A stretch of DNA of 64,000 nucleotides, taken from contig JBHGNT010000005.1 of NCBI GenBank assembly GCA_043228905.1, positions 24,056,001 through 24,120,000 on the forward strand, written 5' to 3'. This DNA is from Azolla caroliniana (taxonomy: Eukaryota > Plantae > Polypodiophyta). The position numbers were made by a program, and so were the translations under genes. The notes beneath the pieces are model-generated. The model ran no database searches. It saw nothing but the letters and a program-made list of their open reading frames with translations, and was not told the origin of the DNA. How positions within the stretch are numbered: position 1 is the first letter of the stretch; each line of letters opens with the position of its first letter. Of this stretch, positions 26,215 to 38,183 are shown piece after piece.

Positions 26215-28026
26215 AAGTGCATTTAACGTGTCTCTCATAGAGATCAATTTCATTAGGTGTCTTTCATGACACACTCCAATATACATTTTGGGCAAGGCAC
26301 TTTGGAATGCATAATCTTCTTCATCGAGCTGTTTACATTAATGAGCACGACTATATTGCATAATCTTCTCCCAAGGATACCCTATAACCAAAGTTTCAAA
26401 GTTCATTGATAACATGAATCTATGATTTACACAAACCCAACAGCCAGTCCTTTGGGGATTAGCCTAATGGTTTGATGCATTCAACTTAGTGCCATAATGC
26501 CCTAGGCATGACACCTCCATACATGGTGTGGGCCTGCACAACCCTTATTTTCACTACCAATATGGTACCAATTTTCCTCAATAACATTAACATTTTTTTT
26601 TCTCATACTTATTCTTATACAGACATGCTTGAGGATCTTGAGGTTACAATTAAGTCATTAAAACATTGCACTCAAATTGGAATTCCTTAGCTTCTTATGG
26701 GCAGAATGTGTTTGTAGAATACCTAGAGTTTCCCATAGGATTTAATGCAAAAGGTTTGTTTCCATCTTAAATGCACAAGGAAAATGTTTGAGTTATGATT
26801 ATCAAGTTCACATGGAATCCATAACCTGCACATGAATCATGCAAGCATACATACAAATGTAATATATGAGAAAATGGGAAAGAAGTGGATGCTTGATCCT
26901 TACCCTTCCATCGCTCTTGTGTGTGATATGATGTGGTTGTATGCAAAAGAACCTGTTGCAAGATTACTATGGGATCAAGGGGGTTGGTTTTGGTCATATT
27001 CCTTGGGGGAACAGATCATAAAGGTTCCCTTCTTTCAGTATTCAGTGAAGCTCAGAAGGTCATTACTAATGTCTACAAATGTAGTGGTGCCAACAGCTCA
27101 AAAACATTGGACTAACTGGGGTCTTTCAACGTTGCAATTGAAAATGTATTAGAGATGGAGCTCATCTTTCAAGGGGACCACTAAATTTATTCTTTTTAGA
27201 TGGCTATTAGTGCATGCAACATTACTAGTTGGCCAGACATTGAAAGGGAATGTAGCACCTAATCTCAAGCAATGTGGCATTTGCTATGCAACTCATGAGA
27301 CTACTAAGCATGCCCTCTGGTCTTGTCCCTTGGCTCAATAAGTATGGAATAAAGTTCTTTCTTTATTCCTAACGATCAATGTTGGTTGCTTGTTCTCGTG
27401 GGGAGCAATGGTGTGGGGAGTTTTACATTCCAGCTTGATGTTGTATGAGGCAGACGATATTCAAGAGGCCATGACGGTACACAATAGAAGATTGATATCG
27501 GTTAGTCCGTTTTAACAACCTCGGAAGCATGTGCGATCTGTCCAGGTCTAGAAAACTGTGACTACGGTAACGTTATGGCCCATGGGTATTATGGAAATGT
27601 AGATGCAGTCGACTTTATGATGAAGCAAATCTTGGTCCTTCAGATGTACTGCTTGAGATATGGGAAACATTGTTGACAGTAGACCGTGGGCAATATGATA
27701 ATATGTATGGTTCTCCAAACAATGTTCATAAGAGAAAAACAAAGCTTCTTCACTTATGGAGGAAGTTGCGCCTCTTTGTAGTGTCAAATCAAGGGCCTCA
27801 ATGGAACTATCAACTTCCATAGACCATTTCTTGAATATTAGTACATCATGGTAATGTATTGTATCAAGGTTCAACACCCCTTTATAAGTTGTTTTTGTAT
27901 GTATAGGTTTTGGTGTACATACAATGTCTTTTATTCTACATTGTAAACCTCTGGGCAGATAACTTCAACTTGTAATCTTCAAACGCTTTTAATACTATTG
28001 AAGAAAATCTTTCAAGGAAAACAAAA
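26215..28026 (+). mobile_element. Decayed L1 3' fragment in KNOX intron 3
   Basis: GGLGL-like relic at about 26450; zf-RVT CGIC...ETTKHALWSC at about 27270-27330; A-rich end at about 28020. Boundaries are approximate. Confidence 0.65.
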
Positions 28027-29190
28027 ATGCAAATATGAGCTGATCAAGCCCCCAACAAGTAAGAGTGTCACAACGTAGAGAACTCCTTGGTATAGGGCAA
28101 AGATCCCTCGATAAATGAGAATGAGACCTAAACTGTGTACATATAGGAACACCTAGAACCACCATGTGGACATGGCACTAATGCCCATTGGGATTCATTG
28201 GAACATTATTGGGTCTTAGGGTATATATGGACACATAACACCCATATATCTCTAGCTTACCAACCATATCAATGCAAATAGACCACCCATCCAAAACATA
28301 TAGTCATGTCACATGCCTAGCACAAGGCACCAACATGCCAAAGGACATCATACACATCTCTCAAAGGGATCATATATAGACCATACAATCACCTCTTTAA
28401 TTAACTTCCCATACATGTTTTGCTTCGAATTGTATGGTGTGCCACGAAAGAATGCCGGGACTATCTCCATTATCACATTAGACGAGCATTCAAGTTCGGA
28501 AATTTTTCGGGTTAGGCTCATGTGCCAAACAAAATACGTAAAAAACACTGGAAGAGTTCTCAGTTTTCATGGTGTTGGGATAATGTGGAAGAGAAGCATA
28601 TATGGCATTATCAACGGGAATCGAATGTAGAAACTCTTCATCATAATTACTATGGATGTAGTCTAGCTAAATAGATAAATAGCCATTGGCAATTCTTAGC
28701 CTTAAGAAAGAAAGATCAACATGGGATGCTTAAAAAAAGCCTACATTAGAGAAAGATATCATTATCCAATTGTCATGTAAGCTACCTCATTGACAAACAA
28801 GAGTGTAGATTAATGGAAGCAGGAGGGTATATAATGGCAGATCTTAGTGACTAGTTGAGGCCTTTGATTGGTATAAATCTATCAATTTAAGGATAATGTG
28901 GCAAATCTTAATGACTAGTTGAGGCTTTTCATATGTATAAATCTAGCTAAGGCTATAAATGTGGCCTAATGGGAGTTCTAATCTACATATCATGGGCAGT
29001 GACAACAACAATTGGTTTGTCCATTTACCCCTTTGTTTTTTTGTTTGTTTAATGCCTCAAGGTGTGAAAATTAGAGCATCAATTTTTGTTGGAAAAATCC
29101 ACTTGATTGATTTGTAAGAGCACACAACCAATCTTGTCTCCATTTTCAGAGGTAATTTCAAGGGCTTAATCTTCATTCTTATAGCTACTA

Positions 29191-29374
29191 ATCACCTGAT
29201 ATTGAAGCGTCTTTTACAGAGATTCTGAAGCATTAGGGTTCAATTAATATCACCTGATTTTGAAGGGTCATTTTCAGAGATTCTGAAGCATTAGGGTTCA
29301 AGTAAGATCACCTGATTTTGAAGGGTCATTAGTTCAGAGATTATGAAGCATTAGGGTTCAAGTAATCACCTGAT
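29191..29374. repeat. 58-bp tandem repeat x3 overlapping the KNOX exon 3 donor
   Basis: ATCACCTGAT at 29191, 29249, 29307 and 29365 (exact 58-bp period). Confidence 0.93.
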
Positions 29375-29532
29375 TGGGATAACCTATTCGCATTAGTGGT
29401 AGTGGTAGTAGCTGCAGTGCCCTTGCTAAGGGCATTCACTTGGAGTTCGATCTTCCGACAGAAAGCCATGGCTTCTTTGAAGGGTTGCATCAGCTCCTCC
29501 TCATACCTTTGCAGCACAGTGCAATACGCCTC
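29370..29532 (-). CDS. KNOX: Class I KNOX exon 3 (KNOX2 domain)
   Basis: tag|EAYCTVLQRYEEELMQPFKEAMAFCRKIELQVNALSKG...RLSQS G|gtgatt; the phase-1 donor matches exon 4. Confidence 0.92.
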
Positions 29533-29628
29533 CTATCAATCAAGCACATGACACACCCAAAAAAATGCTAATTAATTTTGCCAACATGCTATGAGTGTCC
29601 ATAGCCTTTCCCAATATAATCTACCATA

Positions 29629-29661
29629 TTTAGGGTTTAGGGTTTAGGGTTTAGGGTTTAG
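29629..29661. repeat. Interstitial telomere-like (TTTAGGG)4.7 in KNOX intron 2
   Basis: Four perfect TTTAGGG units plus TTTAG. Confidence 0.95.
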
Positions 29662-29680
29662 AGATCGAAAAGTGGTATAC

Positions 29681-29797
29681 CATGAAATGATCCAGTTCAG
29701 GGTCGGTGATGCTTCCTGACGGAGAATTGAAGCCATAGTTGTGGTACTTCTTAGTGAGCTCATCCAATTTAGTGGCGATATCAGGTGGGGCACCAAT
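29681..29797 (-). CDS. KNOX: Class I KNOX exon 2 (end of KNOX1, start of KNOX2)
   Basis: tag|IGAPPDIATKLDEL...DPELDHFM|gtatac; 117 nt, phase 0 at both ends. Confidence 0.95.
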
Positions 29798-30349
29798 CTA
29801 CGATCATATACATATTCAGTAATTAATAGCAATTGATATAATTCTGCAGCTGACTCTTTAAATTTACTAGGCTTTTGGAAAGATAAGTGAGGAATCCAGA
29901 GCTTAATCAATTAAACAGGAAACATAGCTTTTGGAAATTCCTGCAGGGGGGATTAGGGTCTGAAATGGCGTTAGATTAGGGAGGGGGTGGCACACTCAGA
30001 GCCTTTACTGAGGAAAAGAAAGATGAGATTGGATATGCATGATTGATTGATTGAGGTTGGCACACTTAGGGAAAGAGCTTTAAAAAGGTAGCCAGAAAAA
30101 GGGAGGAAGGAGAGAGAGAGAAAGTTATATATATAAAAGGTAAACTAATGCATAATTTGTAAGGATTTTGGTGCGTTAATCATACTTGGGTATTCCATAG
30201 TTCAGAAATGTTAAATCTTCTGATTATTATATCGATCGTTTTCTATAATTAGTAAGGATGATCTGTCTGTGTCTCCCTTTGGATTAGTAATTGATTGTGA
30301 TGTTAAGGAATTGATGGATTTTCTTTTTCTTTTTCTGGTTTCTGATTAC

Positions 30350-30934
30350 CTTGTTACAGTTCAGGTATGCGAGGACAAGGCGAGGGTAGATGGGGTGAGC
30401 CACAATTTTGGACCTTATAATCGGATCTACTGCGTTTGGCGATGGCGATGGCGATGGTAGAGATGATCCTGGACTGATGCGATTGTCTCGATGGTGCTGA
30501 TGATGCTCTGTTATGCTGTTCATACTCGCGGCGGCGACCAGATTACTTTCCATGGCTGAAGTATTGAGTACAGACAGATCGCTGCTGTCGTTGCTGCTAA
30601 TCCTGGCTGAGAAATCTGGCTTCCGTTCGATTAATTCTCGATCCTGCTCTACCCCACCCATGAAATTCATACTCCTGCGCATGCTGTGATGAACCGAATC
30701 GCTAGTGTCGCCATTAAATAGCAGAGTCTGCAGATAAGGTTCCATGTTCTGGTGATGGCTTCTGTGGCTGCTATGACTGTTATGGCCTGTTGATGAATCG
30801 TAGTAAGCGGAGTCATTAGGGTTTACAGAGCTAGTAGTAGTAGCTATGCTGTGGTTTATGCCATGGCCTTGCTTGCTACTATTGTCAGTAGCAATCTGCA
30901 GTACGCCCCGCATGTGATTGTCATATAAGTCCAT
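30350..30934 (-). CDS. KNOX: Class I KNOX exon 1 (N-terminus and KNOX1 domain)
   Basis: ATG with an in-frame stop three codons upstream; His/Ser-rich N-terminus; IRSKIVAHPIYPRLVLAYLNCNK|gtaatc. Confidence 0.93.
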
Positions 30935-32828
30935 TTTGTACAGTTAATTATGGTCGCGGATGATTAACGGCAGTTAATTATGGCTACTGGTATGACTAAC
31001 GGCAGTTAATTACGCTGTGAAGTGCTCATCGCTCCCGATCTTAATCGTCGCCTTACTTTTAACCCCAGTCCTTAATCGTCACTTAATTAACCCTAATTCG
31101 TCGCTGGTGGGGCGAGGTTCCATGGAATCCATCCACACACAGAAGCTGCAGGCCGCCATTGGACTAAATTAAACCCGCCCCGATTGACTGGAGAATCGAT
31201 TCGACTGTACGCAAGGCAGGGTCAACAACTCAGTCAATCGATTCATGAACTTCCCAAAGTCTGCAAAAAGAATCGCGAAGGAACCTGCTGAATTAAGGTC
31301 GAGGTAAGAGAAGGAATATCGGCACCCCCGTGCGGATGATCCGAATTCTGCAAACATACATATATATACTGTCTCCGCAGCACCAGAGGGGATGTATATG
31401 AAAACCGTTGAGCAGGAAGGAATTGATCAAATCTTCGCCATGATTACTGCTACAGAGGAAGAAGAATGAATGAATGAATGAATGAATGAATGAAAAAGAC
31501 AGAGAGAAGGAGAGGAGGAAGCAGAAGCAGAAGCAGAAGAAGAATTAGGTCAGACGAGGAGGAGTCAGTCAGTCAATCAATCAATCAATCAATCAATCAA
31601 TCTGAGAGAGAAGATGGGGGGGGGTAAAAATCTATAACTACTCGTTAAAGAGAGAGAGATAGAGAGATCTAGGATTTATATCTAAAAGGAGAAGGAAAAT
31701 TAATCTAGAAATGAGAAGAAGCTTTATTATATACATATATATAACCTTAGAGAGAGGTTGGGATGGGACGGGATCGAATCCCACCATCGCCACCCCCTCT
31801 CTAATAATTCATATCGCTCCGCTCATTCCTATTGGACGGGCAAGCAAAGGGAAAGTTAAAAAGGAAATAAAAAGAAAGAAGGAAGGAGAGATACATATAA
31901 AGACAAGTGTGGGTGTGTTGTTGTGTAAGGAAAGACGTCTAGATAGGGACTTTTACCACTGCCCCCCCCCTACACACAGATTAACTTTTCCTTTATTTTG
32001 TCCGGCCCCGTGTGAACGCGGACATCGCGCAGCCGCGCGGGGGCATTTCATTGGCCGATCTCTTTGGGCGAGCACGCGCCGTACGTACGTACGTGTGGCC
32101 ATGCCCATCTCCCCTCTCGCACGTGCCCCCTCTCCCCACATTGCACACACCACGAGCAACCCCCCCCCCCCCCCCAAAAAAAATTAATTACTTTGCTTTA
32201 TCACTCGTCTTCTCATTATCGGAAAAAACAAAAAGCCATTCCATTCTCTCTCTCTCTCTCTCTCTCTTTTCACTTTTTATTTATTTTCTATATATATTTT
32301 TTATAAAAAATTTCCTATTCTCTAATTTTTTTATTTTCTATTCTTTATTCTCACTTTTTATTTCTTTTTATTTGCTATTATTCATCATTATTATTATTTT
32401 CATGACCCCCCCTCCTTCCCCCTTTTTTCCGAATTTCCCCGAGCCTCCAAATTTTTATTTTTATTTTTATTTTTTTTTGCGCCTCCTGTGGTTTATTTTC
32501 CTTTTTAATAATATAACAACCCCATAAAAAAGCTTAATTTATTTTATTTTACTTTTATTTATTTATTTTCGAGCCTCTGTTTTATTTATTTATTTTAATC
32601 TGGTCCTTTCTGGTTAAAAAAAAAACCCACAACAATAATGATAATAATAATAATAATAATACATAATGAAAACAAGCGATCCTTTTCGCTCCTTTAATTA
32701 ATAATCCAATCCCCTCGTCGGCTTTTTTGCTTTTTTCTTTTCTTTTTTGCTTTTCTTTTTCTGCCTCGAAGCCCGAGCGCAAAATACCTACCTTACCTAT
32801 AACACTCATCCGCCGCTTCGTCTTCTTC

Positions 32829-32865
<37 letters not shown>

Positions 32866-33500
32866 AAGAGGAGCCCCCCAAATTTATTTATTTTTACTGA
32901 ACTTAAAAAAATAAGCTGCCTTTTCCATGTGTTCATATTCTTTTTTCTGTTCTATTCTAATATGTACATATAAATAAATAATTAAAGGTTGGCATCGATC
33001 TGGGTGTTTTATCTTCTCATGATTTAAAAACACACCCCCCTAACTACACTATTCCCCGCCCCTTCCTTTTCCATTCCTCCCCCGCCCCTTTTGCTTTTTG
33101 CTTTTTTTGCTTTTACAACTCACGATAAGGAAAGAGGAACTACTTTTCAAAATCTCTCTCTCTCTCTATCTCTCATTGTCGAACTTTAAAGGAAGTGCTT
33201 TTCATTCCTTCTTCTTTTTTATTTATGTGCCCCCCCCCCCACCACCACCACCACCACCACCACCATGGTCCCATGTCTCTTTTGGCTTGTTTTTTTGTTC
33301 TTTCGGGGGACACACGTGAGCGTGCGATTCATCTTCCCTTCGTTGGTCCACCTAAGGCACATAGTCAATTAATCAATCGCACATCACGAGCTCAAGCTCA
33401 ATTAAAAAACCGCATGATTTTATTCGGAAGCCAAATGTTTAGCTTATCCCCCCCCCCCCCAACTAAACCAATCATCAATGTGCCTCTTAACATACATATA
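30935..33500 (-). promoter_or_regulatory. KNOX 5' leader and promoter region
   Basis: Minus-strand TATA-like motifs at about 31675-31682 and 31724-31744; CCAAT at about 31831-31835; GA/CT tracts at about 31650, 32245, 32832 and 33153; (GAAT)n and (TCAA)n; GC-rich patch with G-box at about 32000-32130. The TSS is not determinable from sequence. Confidence 0.55.
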
Positions 33501-36500
33501 TGCTCATTCCTCACCGAAAGTCGTCCTTGCTCCCATGTACAAAATGTTCAATGCTCTTCCTCAAATATAATTATAAAACATTAGCCGCATCGAACAAATT
33601 ACCCACATTCATTCATTCAATATGTTAAATACTCCTCTGTTTTTGTTCAAGGAGATCCTTAAGTTTTTATAAACCCATTGCTGCCAAAAATCTTCGATAT
33701 GATCATGTTGTGTCCTTGCATGAGGTTGCAACGCAAATTGTTGCTCCCTGACGCGATGGAAAATGCCATCAACCAACCAACCTCCACCCTAGTAAACCCT
33801 CCAATTAATATTTTTTTACTTGAAAGAGAGCGCAATATGTTTGAATTTGTTGAGGAGTTCCATTGAAGCAAAGTATATATGTATGATCACGTTTTGTGTG
33901 TTTCTATGTCATGTGCTACCTTTGAGTCAGCGCCTCCTAGAGCATTGTCCCAAATAACTTATTCTTCTGCAACATTGTCTCTAATCTAGGCATCATGAAT
34001 TGGGAATAATAAACAATAGTAGAAGTTTTCCCAACCCACGATGACAAACAGTACTCATTTGTGAAGCGTTCTAACATGGAAGTCTTATTTATGTTAAGGC
34101 ATCAAGATTCAAGATTGCAAGTGGAGTTAAGAGTGCATTCCCTGCATCCATGAGAGTTTGTGATTGTAACAACCACCATAGTTGTATGTTGGTGTATCCC
34201 TTAATGTTCTCGAATATCAAAAGTTGTACCTAAAGCTAAGGATGAATTTAATCATGGTTAGGCATGAGCTCATCCAGATGCTTTTCTTTTTTGCTAAAAT
34301 TTAGGAACTGGTAATTGCTCGATTTGAGTTGAGTTTAACCATGAAATTGTTGTTTAATTGCTTAATGGCTTAACCGGTTCAGTTGAATGCAAGTAAAAAA
34401 AATTGCAAAGAGTTTAGTTTGAGCATTTATCGGTCTAACGACTTCAGAATTAGAATTGGATTTTATAAACGTTGGTTCATGGCTTAAACATCCATCTTGA
34501 GAAAGCTGTCAAATGTTATACATTGCTCGAGTGATAACTCTACATTAGCTAATGGGCTTTGCTTCGACAACTTTCCATCACTCGTACAAAGGAGGAATGT
34601 GTACCACAAATGTTCTAACTTGTGATAAAGCTCGTAACTTCTAATGATTTGGGATTTATCAAATCACCAGGATGGTCTAGGTTGTATGACCTTGGTTGGG
34701 CTCAATTGTAACATGGGACTGTGATGGGGACAATAGCTTCATTGAGCCTAGCTCAAAATGTTCATTATGTTCATGTGTGAGGGATTGCATTAGCTATATA
34801 GTCAGGTGAGAGTAAAATTTTGAATGTCACAATATGTTTATGTGCACCTTCTTGTTGTAGAAAATGTTGAAGAGTTAGTGGCATCTAAAATTAATAACGA
34901 GCTCATGAGAGAGAGAGAATGCTTAAATATTGTCGACAAGTTTAGGTGAAATAACGTACATCAATCATTTTTCATGTATTTCAAAGCCTTGTAATTCTCC
35001 CGTGCCTCCCGAGAGCCATTGTCTCAAAGAACCTATTCTTGTCCAACATATTCCCCTTTTTTCATGTCTCACCAAATATAAGCAAAATAAGTTATTTGGC
35101 TAAAAAACAACATTAATTTAATATAACATTACAAGGATAAAAATGAAGATCACTACACATTTGTAAATCAATCTTAAATGGAAGTCTTATGTTAATGTTT
35201 GAAGATTGACATTTGCAAGCCCAAGAAATCATATTCCACACCGCTATGAGAATTTGTGCTCTTGCCAACAACCGTCCTATTGAGTAGTTGTATATTCATC
35301 AATGCTCTAGTATGATAAGATATCATACTAATCCCTAGGCACCAAAGCCTAAAGATGAAATTTAATTGTAGTTAACAACCATAGTAGGTGGGCAATACAT
35401 GAATTTTCAACAACGATTCGAGACTAGAAATGCATGCAAGAACAAGCATCGAGAAAACATGAAAACGTGTGCTTCTACACACTACTATAAAATACAAGCA
35501 AAGACCAATAGAGCATTTGTTAAGGTTTGGTCTACAATACACACTTCATACTATATCAAGGGTTGCTTGCTACGTCTACCCAATATCCACCTAGGGAAAA
35601 AGTTACTGTGTAGTTCACTAGCTCTATTGGTAAAATATACATGTATGGTGGTATATGCAAATAAACTAACATTGCTAATTACCACATAGTTTACTAGCTC
35701 ATGTGCAGTGTGCTATACACCAATAAACTAACACCGCTTATTACCACATGGTTTACTAGCTGGGTTGGTACATATACTTTGTGGGGTCAAAAACGTCACC
35801 AAAGGGTAAATGACAATCATCTAGCAATGCTCATTAAGTTTCTCTTTTCTCATTTTCATATGCGTTCTAAAAGAAAGCATCTCTTAATATATTTTACATC
35901 TATTGTTTTTTTTGCTATTGTTAATTACTCACGACTGTGAGGATAATTGTAGTGAATATAATTACCACTTTTATAAATTTACAGAGCAATATGAGAGTTT
36001 TGGTATTATTTTATTCTATCGCACATATGTTTAATGTATTGACACTAGCCTGTCTTCTCATGGCAATTGAATGGTATTCTTGACGCCACACAAATAATGC
36101 ACGTTGCTTTTATAATTAGATTTATGCGTGCTTTCTTGCTAATAACTTTACAATTATCACTTTGTTGGTGCCATGGAACTTAAAAAACAAAATTTCCAGT
36201 ATAAATTTGAGATTTGAAAAGCTACATCACAGAGGTAAAACGATAAATTGTCACATATCATTCCTCTCGTAATAAAACAAACACACATACTCACTTGATT
36301 CTTAATGATGCCTACCACTAGAAGAAGCTTGTAAATGGGGATGCATTCCCATACGTGACATTGTAAAAGATAAAAATTTGTCTAAAACCTAGTTTCTTCA
36401 TCAACTCCTATGCACACTTTCGTTGTGTGTGTGTTTCCTCCTAGTACGATTATAAATTATTCATGTACACTCTTTTTACAAATATTCATCTCACCCGCCA

Positions 36501-37090
36501 CGTGATCATGTCCCCTCATGTGTGCAAGAAAGATTTTCTGTTCTTTCTTACAAAAGTTAGTTTTTTTCAATTGTATTCAATGTCCCTTCCAACATTTGTT
36601 TCATCATTGTTCCTCCTCACATTTAAACTCCTTTTGGAGAGACCAATATTCTCTCTCTCTTTTTGCTTATAACGTTATCTTCTTCAACTGTTATGTATTT
36701 TGCTTTCCCCCTCAGTTTGTTTTGCAAACCACATACTTCACCACAAAGTCTTGAGGTTTATATAGTTCCATGACAAAGTTTTTAAGGAAAATAAGCCCAT
36801 GAATGTATTGGTGACAATTCTTGCAAACTTCTAAAGTCTGTGATATAACCTACAGTGACCATGATCACTCACATCGTGTTCAAGAATGCATTACCTTGCT
36901 ATGCTATATTTTTGAAATGTTGTTTTATGGGAAAATAATCAAGTTGTAAAGCCCTATTACTAGGAATAAAGTACTAATTTCTCTGATCCACAATATTGTG
37001 TTAGTTTAAATGATCCACATCAAAGGACACCAAAATCCTGAAGCCCTTTTATAATCTACATAAAAATGTGACCACCCTTTTGAACTTGCC

Positions 37091-37542
37091 TGTAAAGAAT
37101 CAGATATGATTATGTGCAATGGAAGAGATATGGGTTATGTGTGTGTGTTTGTGGAAAGAGGAGAGGTGAGGAAACAAACACAAGATAGATAAAAGAAATG
37201 AAGTACTCAAGAAGATGTATATTAACAAGGAGGATATCAAGTACAAAAATGTAGCATTACAAGGGAGAATAACCGACCCTTTATAAAGTAGGAGGAGGGT
37301 GCTTTATATAAGTTCGCCCTCTCTCTTCATTAAGTTACTAAAACACCCATTCTCTCTCTAAAGCTATAGAAGCTCATGGGTCATGGGGAATGTGGAAACT
37401 CATTAGTTATGTGTAATAGAATATGATTCTATGACATTTAGTTAATGTGTAGAAAGTAGTGGTGACTTTTGACCTTTGAATGTTCATACATTCTCAAAAG
37501 GTGTGTTCACACACTAGACTAGGTTGAACTTGATTCTCAACA
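37091..37542 (-). repeat. 3' LTR of the minus-strand Copia (452 bp)
   Basis: Follows PPT TTGAGGGGGTG; reads TGTTGAGAAT...TTCTTTACA on the minus strand, matching the terminal motifs of the Copia LTR at 55264-56567. Confidence 0.75.
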
Positions 37543-37729
37543 CACCCCCTCAAGCTCAACTTTGTACGGATTTCGACTTTCAGCCTTCCTATGGTGTCCA
37601 TCTGAACTGATGTCCGCTTCAGCTGGTATCCGCTTCGGATGGTATTTGGTTCTCTCTTGTACTCCCCCTCAAGCTTAGCAAGTCAGGGATTGTCAATCCA
37701 AGGTTTGACATGAATTGCCGAAGCTTGTT

Positions 37730-38183
37730 TGTTATGGGCATGACCATTTAATATCTTGTGGTGAGAATTTACCGTAGTATTCTATACACGTGGATAAGTG
37801 TGAGGGTTAAACGAGAGTGTAAAGAAGGGGAGGATTACTTTTAATCCTCGGGATTGAGACAACCCATTAGGTCAAGTGTGAACTTGCCTGGGGCCTTGGG
37901 TATCGCTATAAATAAGAGGCCTAGCTACCCTCATTTGATCATCTTTTGACTACATCGAGACTCTGCTCTTGTGGTGGGTCAACTCTTGTAGTGAGCGCGC
38001 CAGCACCAGGTACGACTCGACGCCATGACGGTGGTATGGGACACCGATTGAGGCTCGAGTCCGTCTCGATCCCTTCGCTTGGGGGTGGTCGAGTGGATCG
38101 ACACCCTTCTTTCTCTTTCTCCTTTCTATCTATCATTACTTTATCCTTATCTTAAGCTTACTTTAGTACCTAGATCTCTAATA
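37730..38183 (+). repeat. Gypsy 5' LTR
   Basis: Matches 49671-50124 with about 20 substitutions by manual comparison. Confidence 0.95.

Noticed and set aside
29382-29384. Alternative exon 3 donor AG|GTTATC
   Set aside because: Phase 2 is incompatible with the phase-1 exon 4 acceptor; the 29370 donor fits.
29629-29661. Chromosome end or fusion site
   Set aside because: Fewer than five units, located inside a small intron of an intact gene.
31711-33584. ORFs upstream of KNOX (poly-P, poly-H and F-rich)
   Set aside because: Translations of homopolymer and microsatellite promoter DNA.
33650-34900. Possible decayed LINE ORF1 on the minus strand
   Set aside because: No convincing motif or boundary.
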